Assembly: GCA_001661245.1 (NCBI GenBank)
Contig: KV454017.1
Location: 713,903 to 777,902 of the forward strand
Source: Pachysolen tannophilus NRRL Y-2460
Taxonomy: Eukaryota
DNA length: 64,000 bases
Reading direction: 5' to 3'
Below the pieces are notes generated by a model. The model did not search any database. It saw only the letters and a program-made list of their open reading frames with translations, and was not told where the DNA came from. Below are positions 1 to 11,093 of this stretch, one piece after another. Every line of letters begins with the position of its first letter. Position 1 is the first letter of the stretch. Position numbers and translations under genes: made by a program.

Positions 1-1215
1 GCCTTCTTGTAATACTGCAATTTTACTAAAATTCAAATTATGTAAAAATAAAGTAGTCATATTTTCCACATAAGTTTTTTCATACAAGTTAGGTACAATT
101 AAAACAATTTTATAATTATTACTATTTTTTTTAGTAATGTTGAACTCTTTAGATAACAGATTGGTAATAATGATTTCCAAATCACCCAAAACCTCTTGTG
201 TTGACTTGTAAAGAGGATCAGTATCATTAAATGTTCCAGATTTCAAAGGCGACCTCAAGTACCATTTATCATAATTATCCAACCTTAATGCATCTGCACC
301 AACTATATAATGAACGTTTTCATCATTATATAATTCTTCAGAGTTTAAAAATTCAAATTTATGAATATCATTATGTTCCAGAATTTGTTCAGGAACTTGT
401 CTCTTATTAAAATTAAAACAAGTTTCATTGGAATTTGGTAATATTCTACGCTTATAATATCTCATTCTTTCTTTAAAATTTGCAAGTATTGTCTTTTTAT
501 GTTTATGAAACTCTTCATCATTAATTATTATCGACTGCTCATTGTCTATTATTCTACTTGGGGAAACTTTGTCATTTTCTTCGAAGAGATCGTTATTTTC
601 ACTTGTTTTACGGTATGCAATAACATTTTTCCAAACTTTTGGATAAACATCTGTTGACAAACCAATTCTAATACTTGTGGATCCAGGATGAATAACTATC
701 ACATCAGAACCCAGCCTTACTTTTTCGCTTGTGTTATTTTCATCATCCTCTTCATCATCATCATCGTCATCCACTTCATCATCATCAGCCATTGTATTTA
801 CATCTGGTGTTGCTGTATTTGTTACTGAAGATTGTTTAACTCTATTAGTTTTTTTCAGTTGGTTCAAATTGAAATTCACTTCTTTGATATTCCTTAATAA
901 CGTGATTTGATCATCTTTTTTCAAATAATCAGTATAATAATTTTTTTGATTTATCAATGGAATTTGTTGAAAATTCGAAATTGGTAAATTATTTTCAGTA
1001 TCCATTCTCTTAATACCAGATTTTTCAATTTGAGATTGAATTGTTGCCATAGCCTTCAACCTCCCTTCACGTCTCTTTGCTAGAATTTCAGCCGACACCT
1101 TAACACCAGGTTGAGCACCACCTTTACGTTTCTTTTGTGCTGGCTGGACGCTAACGCCATTTTGCTTTGAGTCCGGATCAGGAGTTTGTTCTAAAGGTGT
1201 ACTAAGTTCACTCAT
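1..1215 (-). CDS. ARP8: Actin-related protein 8, INO80 complex subunit (5' part; runs off the left edge)
   Basis: ATG at 1215 (MSELSTPLEQ...). The frame contains the Arp8-typical INQKNYYTDYLKKDDQ motif and the actin-fold VIVIHPGSTSIRIG. Not in the ORF track because no stop lies in the window. Confidence 0.9.
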   Translation of the reverse strand, partial: MSELSTPLEQTPDPDSKQNGVSVQPAQKKRKGGAQPGVKVSAEILAKRREGRLKAMATIQSQIEKSGIKRMDTENNLPISNFQQIPLINQKNYYTDYLKKDDQITLLRNIKEVNFNLNQLKKTNRVKQSSVTNTATPDVNTMADDDEVDDDDDDEEDDENNTSEKVRLGSDVIVIHPGSTSIRIGLSTDVYPKVWKNVIAYRKTSENNDLFEENDKVSPSRIIDNEQSIIINDEEFHKHKKTILANFKERMRYYKRRILPNSNETCFNFNKRQVPEQILEHNDIHKFEFLNSEELYNDENVHYIVGADALRLDNYDKWYLRSPLKSGTFNDTDPLYKSTQEVLGDLEIIITNLLSKEFNITKKNSNNYKIVLIVPNLYEKTYVENMTTLFLHNLNFSKIAVLQEG

Positions 1216-1726
1216 ATTATCTTGATCACCTTTTATTTTATTTTTTTTCTTTCTTTACTTTTTACTTCTTACAAAGTACTAGTAACCAAATTTTTACACA
1301 ATCTCAAAAGAATGCCAATAATCTATTTCAAAAAATAATATCAATAACAACAGACAATTCGTATAATCTAATATTCGTTGGATGGTGATGATTACTTCTT
1401 TTTAAAAGCTTTGCACAATTTTTCACCTAAAATATTTTTATACACGACTAGTAAATTACTATCCAACTTTTCATCATTTTATTAAAATCACAGTCAAAAG
1501 ATATATAATTGAATACAAGGAAAATGAAATTGAATGAAATCAAATGAAATCAAATGATATGAAAAAAAAAGGGGGGAAAAATGGAATAAAAATATATATA
1601 TATATTTTTTTTTAATTATATAGTCACAGAATATTTTATCTCAACAATAATCGTTACAATCATCATTATTGTCATTGTCATCATCATAATATCGTTATCA
1701 TGTTGATCACATTACCTCCTCATCCT

Positions 1727-3970
1727 CTATTTAGCTTCTTTTAACTCTTGCTTGTCTTGTTCACCTTGGGTTTTCTCTTTTTCTTTTAATGCATCAACTA
1801 ACCCTTCATCTAAAAATAAATTTTCTTGAATATTCCACAATTCTTTATACAATGAGTTCTCCTTTGCCAATAAATGATAATGTGTGCCTTCTTCTAAAAC
1901 AACACCTTTATCTAATACAATGATCTTATCACTATCAGCAACTGTTCTCAATCTATGTGCAATGGAAACACTTGTATTTTGATTTTTTTTGAAAATTTCG
2001 TTTATAGTTTTCAATAAAGATTGTTCAGTATGTGTATCCAATGCTGATGTAGCTTCATCAAAAAAAGTTATTGGGGCATTTTTCAATAACAATCTTGCAA
2101 TTGCTAATCTTTGCTTTTCACCACCTGAAATCATCATACCTCTTTCACCAACAATGGTGTTAACACCATCAGGCAAATCGCGTACTAATTTATCCAATTG
2201 AACTTTTGAAATAACTTCCATTACTTCTTCATCAGTAGATGTTAATTTTCCATATCTAACATTTTCTAAAATTGATTCATTAAACAATGGTGTATCTTGA
2301 GGAACAATACCAATACATCTTCTTAAACTATCTAAATCATATTTTGTTATATCTTGACCATCAATGAGAATTCTACCACTAGAAACATCATAAAATCTGA
2401 ATAACAACCTTAAAACTGTGGATTTACCACTACCAGAAGGTCCAACAATTGCAACTTTAGCACCTGCTGGAATGGTAAAAGAACAATTTTGTAAAATAGG
2501 TCTATCTTTATGATATCCAAAAGTTACATTTTCAAATTTAATTTCACCTTTTGTAATTTTGATAGGAGGTGCATTTGGTAATGATTTAATTTTTATCTCA
2601 TGTTTTTGTAAATTAAATAAAGTCTCCATATCCAATAAAGATTGTTTCAATTCTCTATAAACAGAACCTAAGAAATTTAAAGGAACACTTAATTGAAATA
2701 CCAACTGATTAATCAAAACAACATCACCAACTGTTAATGTACCGGCAGCAACACCTTGACATGCCATGTACATCATTGCCGTTAATGCACTTGTAAAAAT
2801 CAAATTTTGACCAGAATTTAAAAAAGCTAAAGATGTTGCAATTTTAATAGAATAATCTTTATATGCACTAAGAGCTTTATCATACTTCATGGATTGATAA
2901 GTTTCATTATTAAAATATTTAACACTTTCATAATTGATCAATGAATCCAATGCAACACTTGCAGCTTTATTATCTGCGTTATTTGCCTTTCTTCTAAAAC
3001 CGGTTCTCCATGCTGTTGTTCTTATCGTGAATATAGAATATGCCAGCATTGTCAATAGTGTAACAGCTGCAAATGAAGCACCATAATTATAAGTTAATAT
3101 ACCACATACAACACTAATTTCAAATGTTATAGGAAGAATATGGAAAACCATTGCAGTTAAAACGTATGATATGCCTTTTGTACCTCTGTCTATAGCTCTA
3201 GTTAAACCACCAGTTTGCTTTGCTAAATGAAAATTTAAATCTAAGCTTAATAAATGAACAAAAGTATTATGTGCAACTTTCATAATTGCACTTTGAGCCA
3301 CTTTAGCAAATATAGCATTTCTTAATTCACCCAACAATACAGCACCAAATCTTGAACCACCATAAGCCAAGATAATACCACCAATAACTGCTGTTAAAGT
3401 ACCAACTTGGTTTGCCCAATCGATATTCATTGAATCAATAATTGATTTAAAGAAAAATGGTACTTGAACATTTAACAATTTTGATCCAATTAACATTGTA
3501 AGCGCCAATAAAACTCGAACTTTAAAAGAAGTATTATTCTTGGGCCATAAATAAGCCATTAAATCCAGAATAATTCTCCATTGTGAAACTTGCTTCTTTT
3601 GACCTTCTAATGGTTGATCAATGGTAGGTGGTGAAGAATTAATTTGTTGTGGCTTTTTCTGTTGTTCATTTAAATTTTTATTAGAAGTTGATGGAGGCAG
3701 AGGTAATAATGAAAAATTTGATAAAGAAAAAAATCTAACTCCATTATTGATTCCCTTCTGGAACTTCTGGGACCTCTGGGACCTCTGGAACTTCTGTGAT
3801 TTTATATTTCCATTATTCAACGTTGAAATAATATTTAAAGTCTTTAAATTAGAAAATTTAGCGACATGAAAAGATCGGTTATTACCAATTGATGAAAATA
3901 ACTCATTGATAATTGGTTTCGTAGGTTTAATCAAACAAATCGGTCTAACTAACCTATGGCTGAAAAACAT
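1727..3970 (-). CDS. ATM1: Mitochondrial Fe-S export ABC half-transporter
   Basis: Presequence-like N-terminus, TMD with [19 protein letters not shown], Walker A GPSGSGKS, signature [18 protein letters not shown]. Confidence 0.95.
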   Translation of the reverse strand: MFFSHRLVRPICLIKPTKPIINELFSSIGNNRSFHVAKFSNLKTLNIISTLNNGNIKSQKFQRSQRSQKFQKGINNGVRFFSLSNFSLLPLPPSTSNKNLNEQQKKPQQINSSPPTIDQPLEGQKKQVSQWRIILDLMAYLWPKNNTSFKVRVLLALTMLIGSKLLNVQVPFFFKSIIDSMNIDWANQVGTLTAVIGGIILAYGGSRFGAVLLGELRNAIFAKVAQSAIMKVAHNTFVHLLSLDLNFHLAKQTGGLTRAIDRGTKGISYVLTAMVFHILPITFEISVVCGILTYNYGASFAAVTLLTMLAYSIFTIRTTAWRTGFRRKANNADNKAASVALDSLINYESVKYFNNETYQSMKYDKALSAYKDYSIKIATSLAFLNSGQNLIFTSALTAMMYMACQGVAAGTLTVGDVVLINQLVFQLSVPLNFLGSVYRELKQSLLDMETLFNLQKHEIKIKSLPNAPPIKITKGEIKFENVTFGYHKDRPILQNCSFTIPAGAKVAIVGPSGSGKSTVLRLLFRFYDVSSGRILIDGQDITKYDLDSLRRCIGIVPQDTPLFNESILENVRYGKLTSTDEEVMEVISKVQLDKLVRDLPDGVNTIVGERGMMISGGEKQRLAIARLLLKNAPITFFDEATSALDTHTEQSLLKTINEIFKKNQNTSVSIAHRLRTVADSDKIIVLDKGVVLEEGTHYHLLAKENSLYKELWNIQENLFLDEGLVDALKEKEKTQGEQDKQELKEAK

Positions 3971-4290
3971 CTTTCCCTCTAACCATCAATAACACCAAAG
4001 TTAATAACTTACCAACAGTTATACTCAATTCAACTTATTACTAATATTATATATGAACCGAGTTATTTTTTTCCCCTTATATTTTACCTTTTTTGTTTAA
4101 AAAAATTATTTAATTTTTTATTTTTATTTATTTTTGTTACAATTTGAATATTACAAAAAACTTTGCTCAAATTAGCAATAAAATAGTTGAAGAAGAAATT
4201 GTGGTCTCTTTAATTTGTTTTTATTGGTTTAAATTAAATCTTGACTTAATATATTTATATTTAATTATATATATAAACTTATGATAGATT

Positions 4291-4710
4291 ATGGTTCAGT
4301 CACCAGCTAGTTCTAATGAAGATACAAGAGTGACATTTGGTGCTAGTATTAAGGAGAATCAACAAGTAAGTTTGAAAATTATATATCTATATACTTGATT
4401 TGCGGACAATCTTTTATTATTAACTTTAGTTTATTTTGAATAGGTTCTTCAAGAAATTCATGATATAACATCATTACTGTTTGGAACAATTGCAGGTATA
4501 TTAAAATTAGAATCTACTTATGGGTTTTTATTTTTCTTAATAACAAATATATTATTAAATTTATGTTTTATTTTCACAATTGGTGGATTTAAAAAAGTGA
4601 AGAATTATTATAACAACTTAATTGCTGATATTTTCATAATCGATATATCTAGGTGTATATCAAGTTTCACCATGATGTGGTGTTTGGTCTTTGCTTTAAT
4701 TGATACATGA
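4291..4710 (+). CDS. EMC6: ER membrane protein complex subunit 6; exons 4291-4365 and 4444-4710
   Basis: GTAAGT donor at 4366, TATTAAC branch 4418-4424, TAG acceptor at 4443. The spliced product (...DITSLxFGTIAGILKLESTYGFLFF...DIFIIDISRCISSFTMMWCLVFALIDT) matches the Emc6 pattern. Missed by the ORF track. Confidence 0.85.
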
Positions 4711-4924
4711 ATATCCATTTTTTTATTGTATTTTGTAACTATTTATCTTAACTTTGTGTAGTGTATGAAAATTATTTATTGTATTCCTCTTTTATTGAAA
4801 AAATATATAAAATATATTAAAAAAAAAGGTGAAAAATTAATTTTAATCATATTTTATATACTTTTTTTAAAAAAATCAACGTTATTAATAATTTATATTA
4901 TATATCGATTATATCTTAAATTCA

Positions 4925-5536
4925 ATGTCAGAAGTTGGTATAGAATCTGGACAAGTAGAAATCTTGGCTCCAAAAGAAGTTATATATTGTGGGGTTTGTT
5001 CTTTCCCACCAGAATATTGTGAATTTGGTGGATCATTTAAAAAATGTAAAGAATGGTTACAAAAAAATAATTTAGAATTATTTGAAAAACTTTATTCTGA
5101 TGAAGCATTGGCACATCTGACTTCATCATTATCTATTGAGAAAGAAGAAAAAATATCTCTGGATTTACAGAAAAAACAGAAAAAGGAAGAAGCTAAGCAA
5201 GAAAGAGAAATGCTGAAAGTGCTATCTTCAAAAGTTTTAATAAAAAGAATTGAAAGAACAAAGAGAAAACATGTTATAGCAGTTAGTGGATTAGAAGTTT
5301 TCAATGTTGATATGAAAAAATTAGCAAAAACTTTTGCTTCAAAATTTGCAACTGGTGCTAGTGTAACAAAAAATGCTGAAAAGAAAGAAGAAATAATTAT
5401 TCAAGGTGATGTAGGTGATGCTGTAGAAAAATATTTAACAGGTTTATTACAAGAAAAAGGTTTAACCGATATTAAAGTTGAACAAATTGATGAAAAAATG
5501 AAGAAAAAAAAAGCTGAACCTGTTAAACCTGAATAA
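4925..5536 (+). CDS. TMA22: Translation machinery-associated protein 22 (DENR, SUI1 domain)
   Basis: YCGVCSFPPEYCEF zinc motif and SUI1 domain (KLAKTFASKFATGASV...IIIQGDV). Confidence 0.95.
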   Translation: MSEVGIESGQVEILAPKEVIYCGVCSFPPEYCEFGGSFKKCKEWLQKNNLELFEKLYSDEALAHLTSSLSIEKEEKISLDLQKKQKKEEAKQEREMLKVLSSKVLIKRIERTKRKHVIAVSGLEVFNVDMKKLAKTFASKFATGASVTKNAEKKEEIIIQGDVGDAVEKYLTGLLQEKGLTDIKVEQIDEKMKKKKAEPVKPE

Positions 5537-5663
5537 ATATAAAAAATAGTTTAGTTTTTTTCTTTTTTTTTGGATTTTTCTTTTTTAATATACTTGATGT
5601 GTTTCCATGATAAAAAAGAAAGATTGATACCAATAATTTTTTAAAATTTTTTTCTCTCTTTCT

Positions 5664-5703
5664 ATTATCTCATTATCTCATTATCTCATTATCTCATTAT
5701 CTC
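5664..5703. repeat. Perfect tandem repeat (ATTATCTC)x5
   Basis: Five exact 8-bp copies read directly from the sequence. Confidence 0.9.
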
Positions 5704-6231
5704 GGTTAACATGCCTTTTATAAGAATAAAATGATAAAACTACTTTTAGCTACTTTATAGTTTTACGTTACATTGGTCTAGTAATTCGATACTACATTAC
5801 CAGCCACATTCACATTCACAGTCTAAAAAAATTTCATTTTAATAAAAAGATTGTTCCGCGATTGATTTGATTTGATTTTGATCCATTTTCCGCCGGCTCA
5901 CGATGGCGGAAAATTAATCAAAAATCGAAAAACCAAAAAAAAAAAAAAAAAAAAAAACAAATGCGCAGACCTAGAGTAAAAAGCGATACGCTAAGCGTGC
6001 GCAGTTTATAAACAAACGGTCTTAATGCGTGCGCATATATTTAAACTCTGAGCGTACGCAAATACCTACGCTTTAAATAAATATTTCGCGCAATTGTTTT
6101 TTCTTTCTTTTTTTTTTTTTCCACCGTTTAATCTGAGTGAATGAAAAATTGAGTGAGCATGATAAAATAAATAAATACTTTGAAAATTTGGTGGTAACAT
6201 AACTTAACTAAAGGCATTGTGGTAATCAGTA

Positions 6232-7077
6232 ATGGCAACTCAGAACTCATCTTTGGATAACTTAAGAAAGGGAACTTATACCTTAACGGTATTAGGTTGT
6301 GGTACTATGGGTACGGCAGTACTTGCTGCCATATTAAATTCATCTTTCTCTCCATATCCATCTAAGATTATTTGTTGTACTGGTTCAGAGAATTCTTCTT
6401 TAAAATTAAAACAAACTTATCCTAATATTGAAGTTTCATTTGGTGATTCAAATTTGGAAGCTGTTGCAAAAGCTGATTTAATAATATTAGGTTGTAAACC
6501 TTTTATGTGTTCACAAATTATGGAATCAATTAAATCTAGTTTACATGATCAATTAATAATTTCTTTATTAGCTGGATGGACAATTAAAAATTTACAAACA
6601 TATTCTCCTTATATTGCTAGAGTAATGACAAATACACCAGCTAAATATGGTTGTGGAATGGCTGTGGTTTCCTTATCTGATGAGGCTGAACAATTTAATG
6701 ATTTAGTTTTAAAATTAATAAATCCAATAGGTAAAGCTATTAAATTACCTGAAAAAAATATGGATGCTGCAACTTCATTAGTTGGTTCAGGACCTGCATT
6801 TTGTTTATTAATGATGGAATCATTAATAGATGGTGGTGTCAAGATGGGGTTGCCATTTGTTGCAGCAAAAGAATGTGCAGCAAAAGTTATGGAAGGTACG
6901 GCAAAAATGGTACTTGAAAGTGGTGAACATCCTGCATCTTTGAAAAGTGCAGTTTGTACTCCAGGAGGTACTACTATAGGAGGATTATTGGTTATGGAAG
7001 ATAAAGGTGTTAGATCAGGTATTGCTAGAGGTGTTGAAGAAGCTGCAAATATTGCCTCAAAATTGGGGAAAAAATGA
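6232..7077 (+). CDS. PRO3: Pyrroline-5-carboxylate reductase
   Basis: GCGTMG Rossmann motif, RVMTNTP, GSGPAF, VCTPGGTTIGGL. Confidence 0.95.
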   Translation: MATQNSSLDNLRKGTYTLTVLGCGTMGTAVLAAILNSSFSPYPSKIICCTGSENSSLKLKQTYPNIEVSFGDSNLEAVAKADLIILGCKPFMCSQIMESIKSSLHDQLIISLLAGWTIKNLQTYSPYIARVMTNTPAKYGCGMAVVSLSDEAEQFNDLVLKLINPIGKAIKLPEKNMDAATSLVGSGPAFCLLMMESLIDGGVKMGLPFVAAKECAAKVMEGTAKMVLESGEHPASLKSAVCTPGGTTIGGLLVMEDKGVRSGIARGVEEAANIASKLGKK

Positions 7078-7117
7078 TATAAATATATATATATATATAT
7101 ATATCATGATTTTTTTT

Positions 7118-7818
7118 TTATAAATCCTTAACCTGTTCTCGTATCTCATGCATAATACCTTGAAATTCTGGATCTTCTCCTTTTTGAATTTCTTCTTCTT
7201 CTTCTTGAATTTCAGTAATTGTGGCATTACCATTACCATCAACTTGGGTTTCATATAAATAATTTTCAGCTTCAATTTCAGGTCCCAACAGTTTAATTCT
7301 TTCATATTTTTCTTCTCTTAAACTTGAAAAAATCAATACATTGAAAAAAATTTCGAAAAAACAGTAAACGAATACTAAATTGTTACAGATATAAAATGAT
7401 GATCCACAACAACAATAAACTGCCATTCCGAAAAAAAATAATAATCTTGATGGAACAATAGATTCAAAATAAGTAACATTACTTTCAAATAATGGTACCA
7501 AATCATGAAGCGCCAATGTGGCAATTATAAATGAAAATATACCAAAAACAGGATCATAAGCGTTCATTTGAACAATTGGCTATAACAACAACGTTAGCAA
7601 TAATGATAATAATAAAGATAAAAAAAATAAAAGAACAATAAGGTTCGGAGTATTTCCACATTTTCAAATTTTGTACTTACTAGTTCCATTGATCTTGCTA
7701 AAAGAACAGCAAGAGGATATTCAAGTAAAAAAATTGGATCTTTCAACAAATAAAACGATAGCGCTGACAAGAAACATATTCTTAAATATGTCAAAGTGCG
7801 AGATGAAAAAATGGCCAT
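7118..7818 (-). CDS. ILM1: Ilm1 membrane protein; exons 7818-7681 and 7579-7118
   Basis: GTAAGT donor at 7680, TGCTAAC branch 7599-7593, TAG acceptor at 7580. Splicing joins two track ORFs in frame (...ARSMELPIVQMNAY...). Contains HDLVPLFESNVTYFESIVPSRL and FSSLREEK, similar to Ilm1. Confidence 0.88.
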
Positions 7819-8254
7819 TTTCTACTTTTCAATTATAAAAATTCTTATAGAAGTTAATAAGAACAATTTTAACACATCTATTACTATTATTACTTTTAAA
7901 ATTTTTTATTTATTTTGTATTTTGATTTTTTGAATTTTTTTTTTTTTTTTTTTTGCCTTAAATCTACTTACTAAATAGGAGATCATTAATACTACAAAAC
8001 TTCAACTATAAATGTGAATAGAAATAGAATTGAAATGATCAGATAAAAAGTGCATAATGATGAAAGTAAAATAAAAAAGAAAAAAATAAATAATAAAGAA
8101 AAAAGAAGAATAGGAATTAATGTATAAACATAACCATTATTATTATATATATATTACCCTTTAAAATGTCTTCATATATATATAATTATATATATATATA
8201 ATTTTTTTTTTTTTTTTTGTTGCTTTTCTAATGTTTTTCTTATTTAAGAGATGC

Positions 8255-9892
8255 TCAGTTTTTGAATAACTTCTCATACCATCTTCTGTGTAATTTTTCA
8301 TTTATCTTGCTGAATTGCTGAAACCTGCTCCAACAATTTCCAAATTTTTCACAATTCATAAAATTGACAAGAAAATCTCTATCAGTTTCATTATAATGGA
8401 AATTTGACTTGTTATTGATATAATTACTAGTATGTGCATCAACATTTTTCTTTTGTGTCTTTTGTCTTTCTTTTTCAACTAATTCTTCGACAGTTAGCAT
8501 TTCATCATGTATCTCAGTTGTTACATCATCTTCGTTACAAAAATCTTTTGATAATGAATTGAAAACTCTTATTGGCATGAATCCAATTTTAGATCTTATC
8601 CAAGATTGAGTATTAAATAAGTATTCAAGACAATTTTTATCTTCTCTATCATTGTTATATCTATCATCATCATTTTCATTGTCATTTAAGGTGAATCCAT
8701 ATTTTTTACTTGTTCTACCATCATCATTCATCCATTTTAAATGCATCTGCTTATAAAAAACAGGATCCCATAAAATATCCAAAAGCAAATTCGACCAATC
8801 AGATCTCTTGATCAAAAATGAATTTAAATTGATACCTTTACAATCCTGTGTTAGGATAAGATCTATTGAATTTTCATTATCATCATATAAATCATAATTT
8901 TTGGAACTTTCTTCAGTATCATCAACAAATAAATCATTTGGATTGAAATAATTTAAATCTCTATAGACAGAGTTTAATCTACTCAACACCAAGTCATCAA
9001 TAGAAATATCTGGTTCCATGATCAATGTGTACATATCTAAATACCAATACCATTCTTCAACTTCATTTGGATTTTGTGGATCTGTATTTAAAGTATTTTC
9101 CTTCATAATTTTCCTTAATAAATCGAATTTTTCCCATCCTTCTCTTGTTTCATGTTGATATCTTTTTTGAAATAATGCAAAATTTTTAACTCTTCCACTC
9201 TTTGTAAATGGTGTACTACTGGTTACAATTAATTCATAACCATGTTTTTGAGCATAAAGTTCTTTATTTACAATTGAAAATTTTTCCATCAACCAAGTTT
9301 CTTTACTTTTCCAATTTTGAATACCAGTTTGAGGGTTTTTCCCCAATACAATATATATTCTCTTTTTAGGTTTTTTATTAAATATTGAATTAAGTAAAGT
9401 ATTTTTACCATTTTCACCATCTCTTTTATTGGATAACAGTGAGGAATCATCATCTAAATCATCAACTTCACTTAAAATACCTGGTCTTTGTGGCATTGGT
9501 GGTACACCAGGTTTTCTATGTAATTTCCTATATTCAGCAGTACCAAATCCTATACTATCATATCTATTTTTATTTGGAATAACTTTTTTATTCAATATAT
9601 CATGATATTTTTGATCTAAACCTAATAAATCTTTCTTTGCAAGATCAATTTCAACAACTTCTTCACTACTATGCTCTATATTTGTTACTGTCTCTTGCAG
9701 TCTTCTATAACTACCATTCAAGAAATTCGAAAAATAATTTATTGCTATTACCAAAAATAATAGAGTAATAAATATTGTTCTCTTATCTCGAGATTTTAAT
9801 TTTAATTTATATGTCTTGTAAGCATAAACAAATTTCGACCTAAACGATAACCGTTTCTTATGGTCTTTGATAATATTCGTTGTGCTAGACAT
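8255..9892 (-). CDS. Divergent Mnn10-like GT34 Golgi glycosyltransferase (type II membrane protein)
   Basis: N-terminal TM helix. Mnn10-like blocks NKELYAQKHGY, KRYQHETREGWEKFDLLR, LILTQDC, WDPVFY, WIRSKIGF. The DxD position reads DMY. Confidence 0.8.
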   Translation of the reverse strand: MSSTTNIIKDHKKRLSFRSKFVYAYKTYKLKLKSRDKRTIFITLLFLVIAINYFSNFLNGSYRRLQETVTNIEHSSEEVVEIDLAKKDLLGLDQKYHDILNKKVIPNKNRYDSIGFGTAEYRKLHRKPGVPPMPQRPGILSEVDDLDDDSSLLSNKRDGENGKNTLLNSIFNKKPKKRIYIVLGKNPQTGIQNWKSKETWLMEKFSIVNKELYAQKHGYELIVTSSTPFTKSGRVKNFALFQKRYQHETREGWEKFDLLRKIMKENTLNTDPQNPNEVEEWYWYLDMYTLIMEPDISIDDLVLSRLNSVYRDLNYFNPNDLFVDDTEESSKNYDLYDDNENSIDLILTQDCKGINLNSFLIKRSDWSNLLLDILWDPVFYKQMHLKWMNDDGRTSKKYGFTLNDNENDDDRYNNDREDKNCLEYLFNTQSWIRSKIGFMPIRVFNSLSKDFCNEDDVTTEIHDEMLTVEELVEKERQKTQKKNVDAHTSNYINNKSNFHYNETDRDFLVNFMNCEKFGNCWSRFQQFSKINEKLHRRWYEKLFKN

Positions 9893-10328
9893 GCTATTCT
9901 TCTTGAATTCAAAATAAAATGAATATCAATGAGAATAACAGTGTGATGTAATGAAAAAAAAAAATTAAAAAATTAAAAAAAGACCCAAAAATAAAAAAAT
10001 AAAAAAATAAAAAATAAAAAATAAAAAATAAAAAAAAAAAAAAAAAAACCAAAGCAAAACTTTTCTTGAACGACTACTAATCCCAAAGATTTAGCAAATC
10101 TTGATTCCGTTGTCAATTCAACTTCTATAATGATTGACTGGAATTTTTAACAATTAATGATGTATATATATATATAAAACTATCATTAATTATTATTTTC
10201 ATGAAACTAAGAAAAGACACGGTATTAAAGCATGGATACAGAAAGCGATCGATTTAGTACTCAAACTTATTTGGAAAAAGTCAAAAACGAAAAAGTCAAA
10301 ATTTCATGCCCTCATGAAATCAACTAAA

Positions 10329-10344
10329 TTTCCTAAATAGGAAA
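10329..10344. promoter_or_regulatory. Mcm1-type CArG box TTTCCTAAATAGGAAA
   Basis: Near-perfect palindrome matching TTTCC-N6-GGAAA in the divergent MNN10-like/JHD2 promoter. Confidence 0.6.
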
Positions 10345-11093
10345 TTTTGTTTTTTTAATTTTTGTGGGGGCTTTTTATAATTTTTTTATGTTTTGGGGCG
10401 GGGACCGGAGATAGAGAAAAAAAAAAAGAAAGAGAGAGAGAGAAAGAGGTAGCCCCTGTTCCTTGCTCCTGTTACATACTCCTATACAGCCCCTATTTAT
10501 CATTTATTCTATCTCTCCCCCTGTTTCTTCTCTTCATGTTTCAACAAACAAATACAACTTTTTCTTTATCTTTGAAGACTAGATGATTAAGTGATTGAAT
10601 TATGCTTTTTATGTTTCTGTTTTTTCTTGTTTTTTGTTTTTTGTTCTTAAGCGCTGTTTACTCAACTCAGCATTACATACATATTATACATCTTTTGACT
10701 ACTAAAATTGTAGAAAACTTTCCATTTTTGGAATAGTAATTGTCTAAAATATTTAGTGGTTTTTATTATTATTTTTTTTTTTTGTTTTTTGTTTTTTTTG
10801 AACTTTCGCTGGCTACAAAGTCTAGTTAAGTACAAGTTAATTAAAATACTTTTTATAATTGTTTTTCTTTTTTTATTTTTTTTAATAAAAATAACCAGGT
10901 TTTCTCTTTTTGAAGAGATAAAGCGACGATATCACCGAGAAAAACTCTTAATTGAGAATAAATAAAAAGATAATATTGAAACATAAACTGATTCATTTTA
11001 AAGAAAATAAAAAAAAAAAAAAAGTTTAATAATATTGGCGCTGTTATAAAATCAATTTTTTTTTAATTTTTTTTTTTTTTTTTTAATTTTTGT

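Noticed and set aside
3755..3797. 9-bp tandem repeat in ATM1 ([14 protein letters not shown])
   Set aside because: In-frame slippage within a variable mitochondrial presequence. Not a CRISPR-like or mobile repeat.
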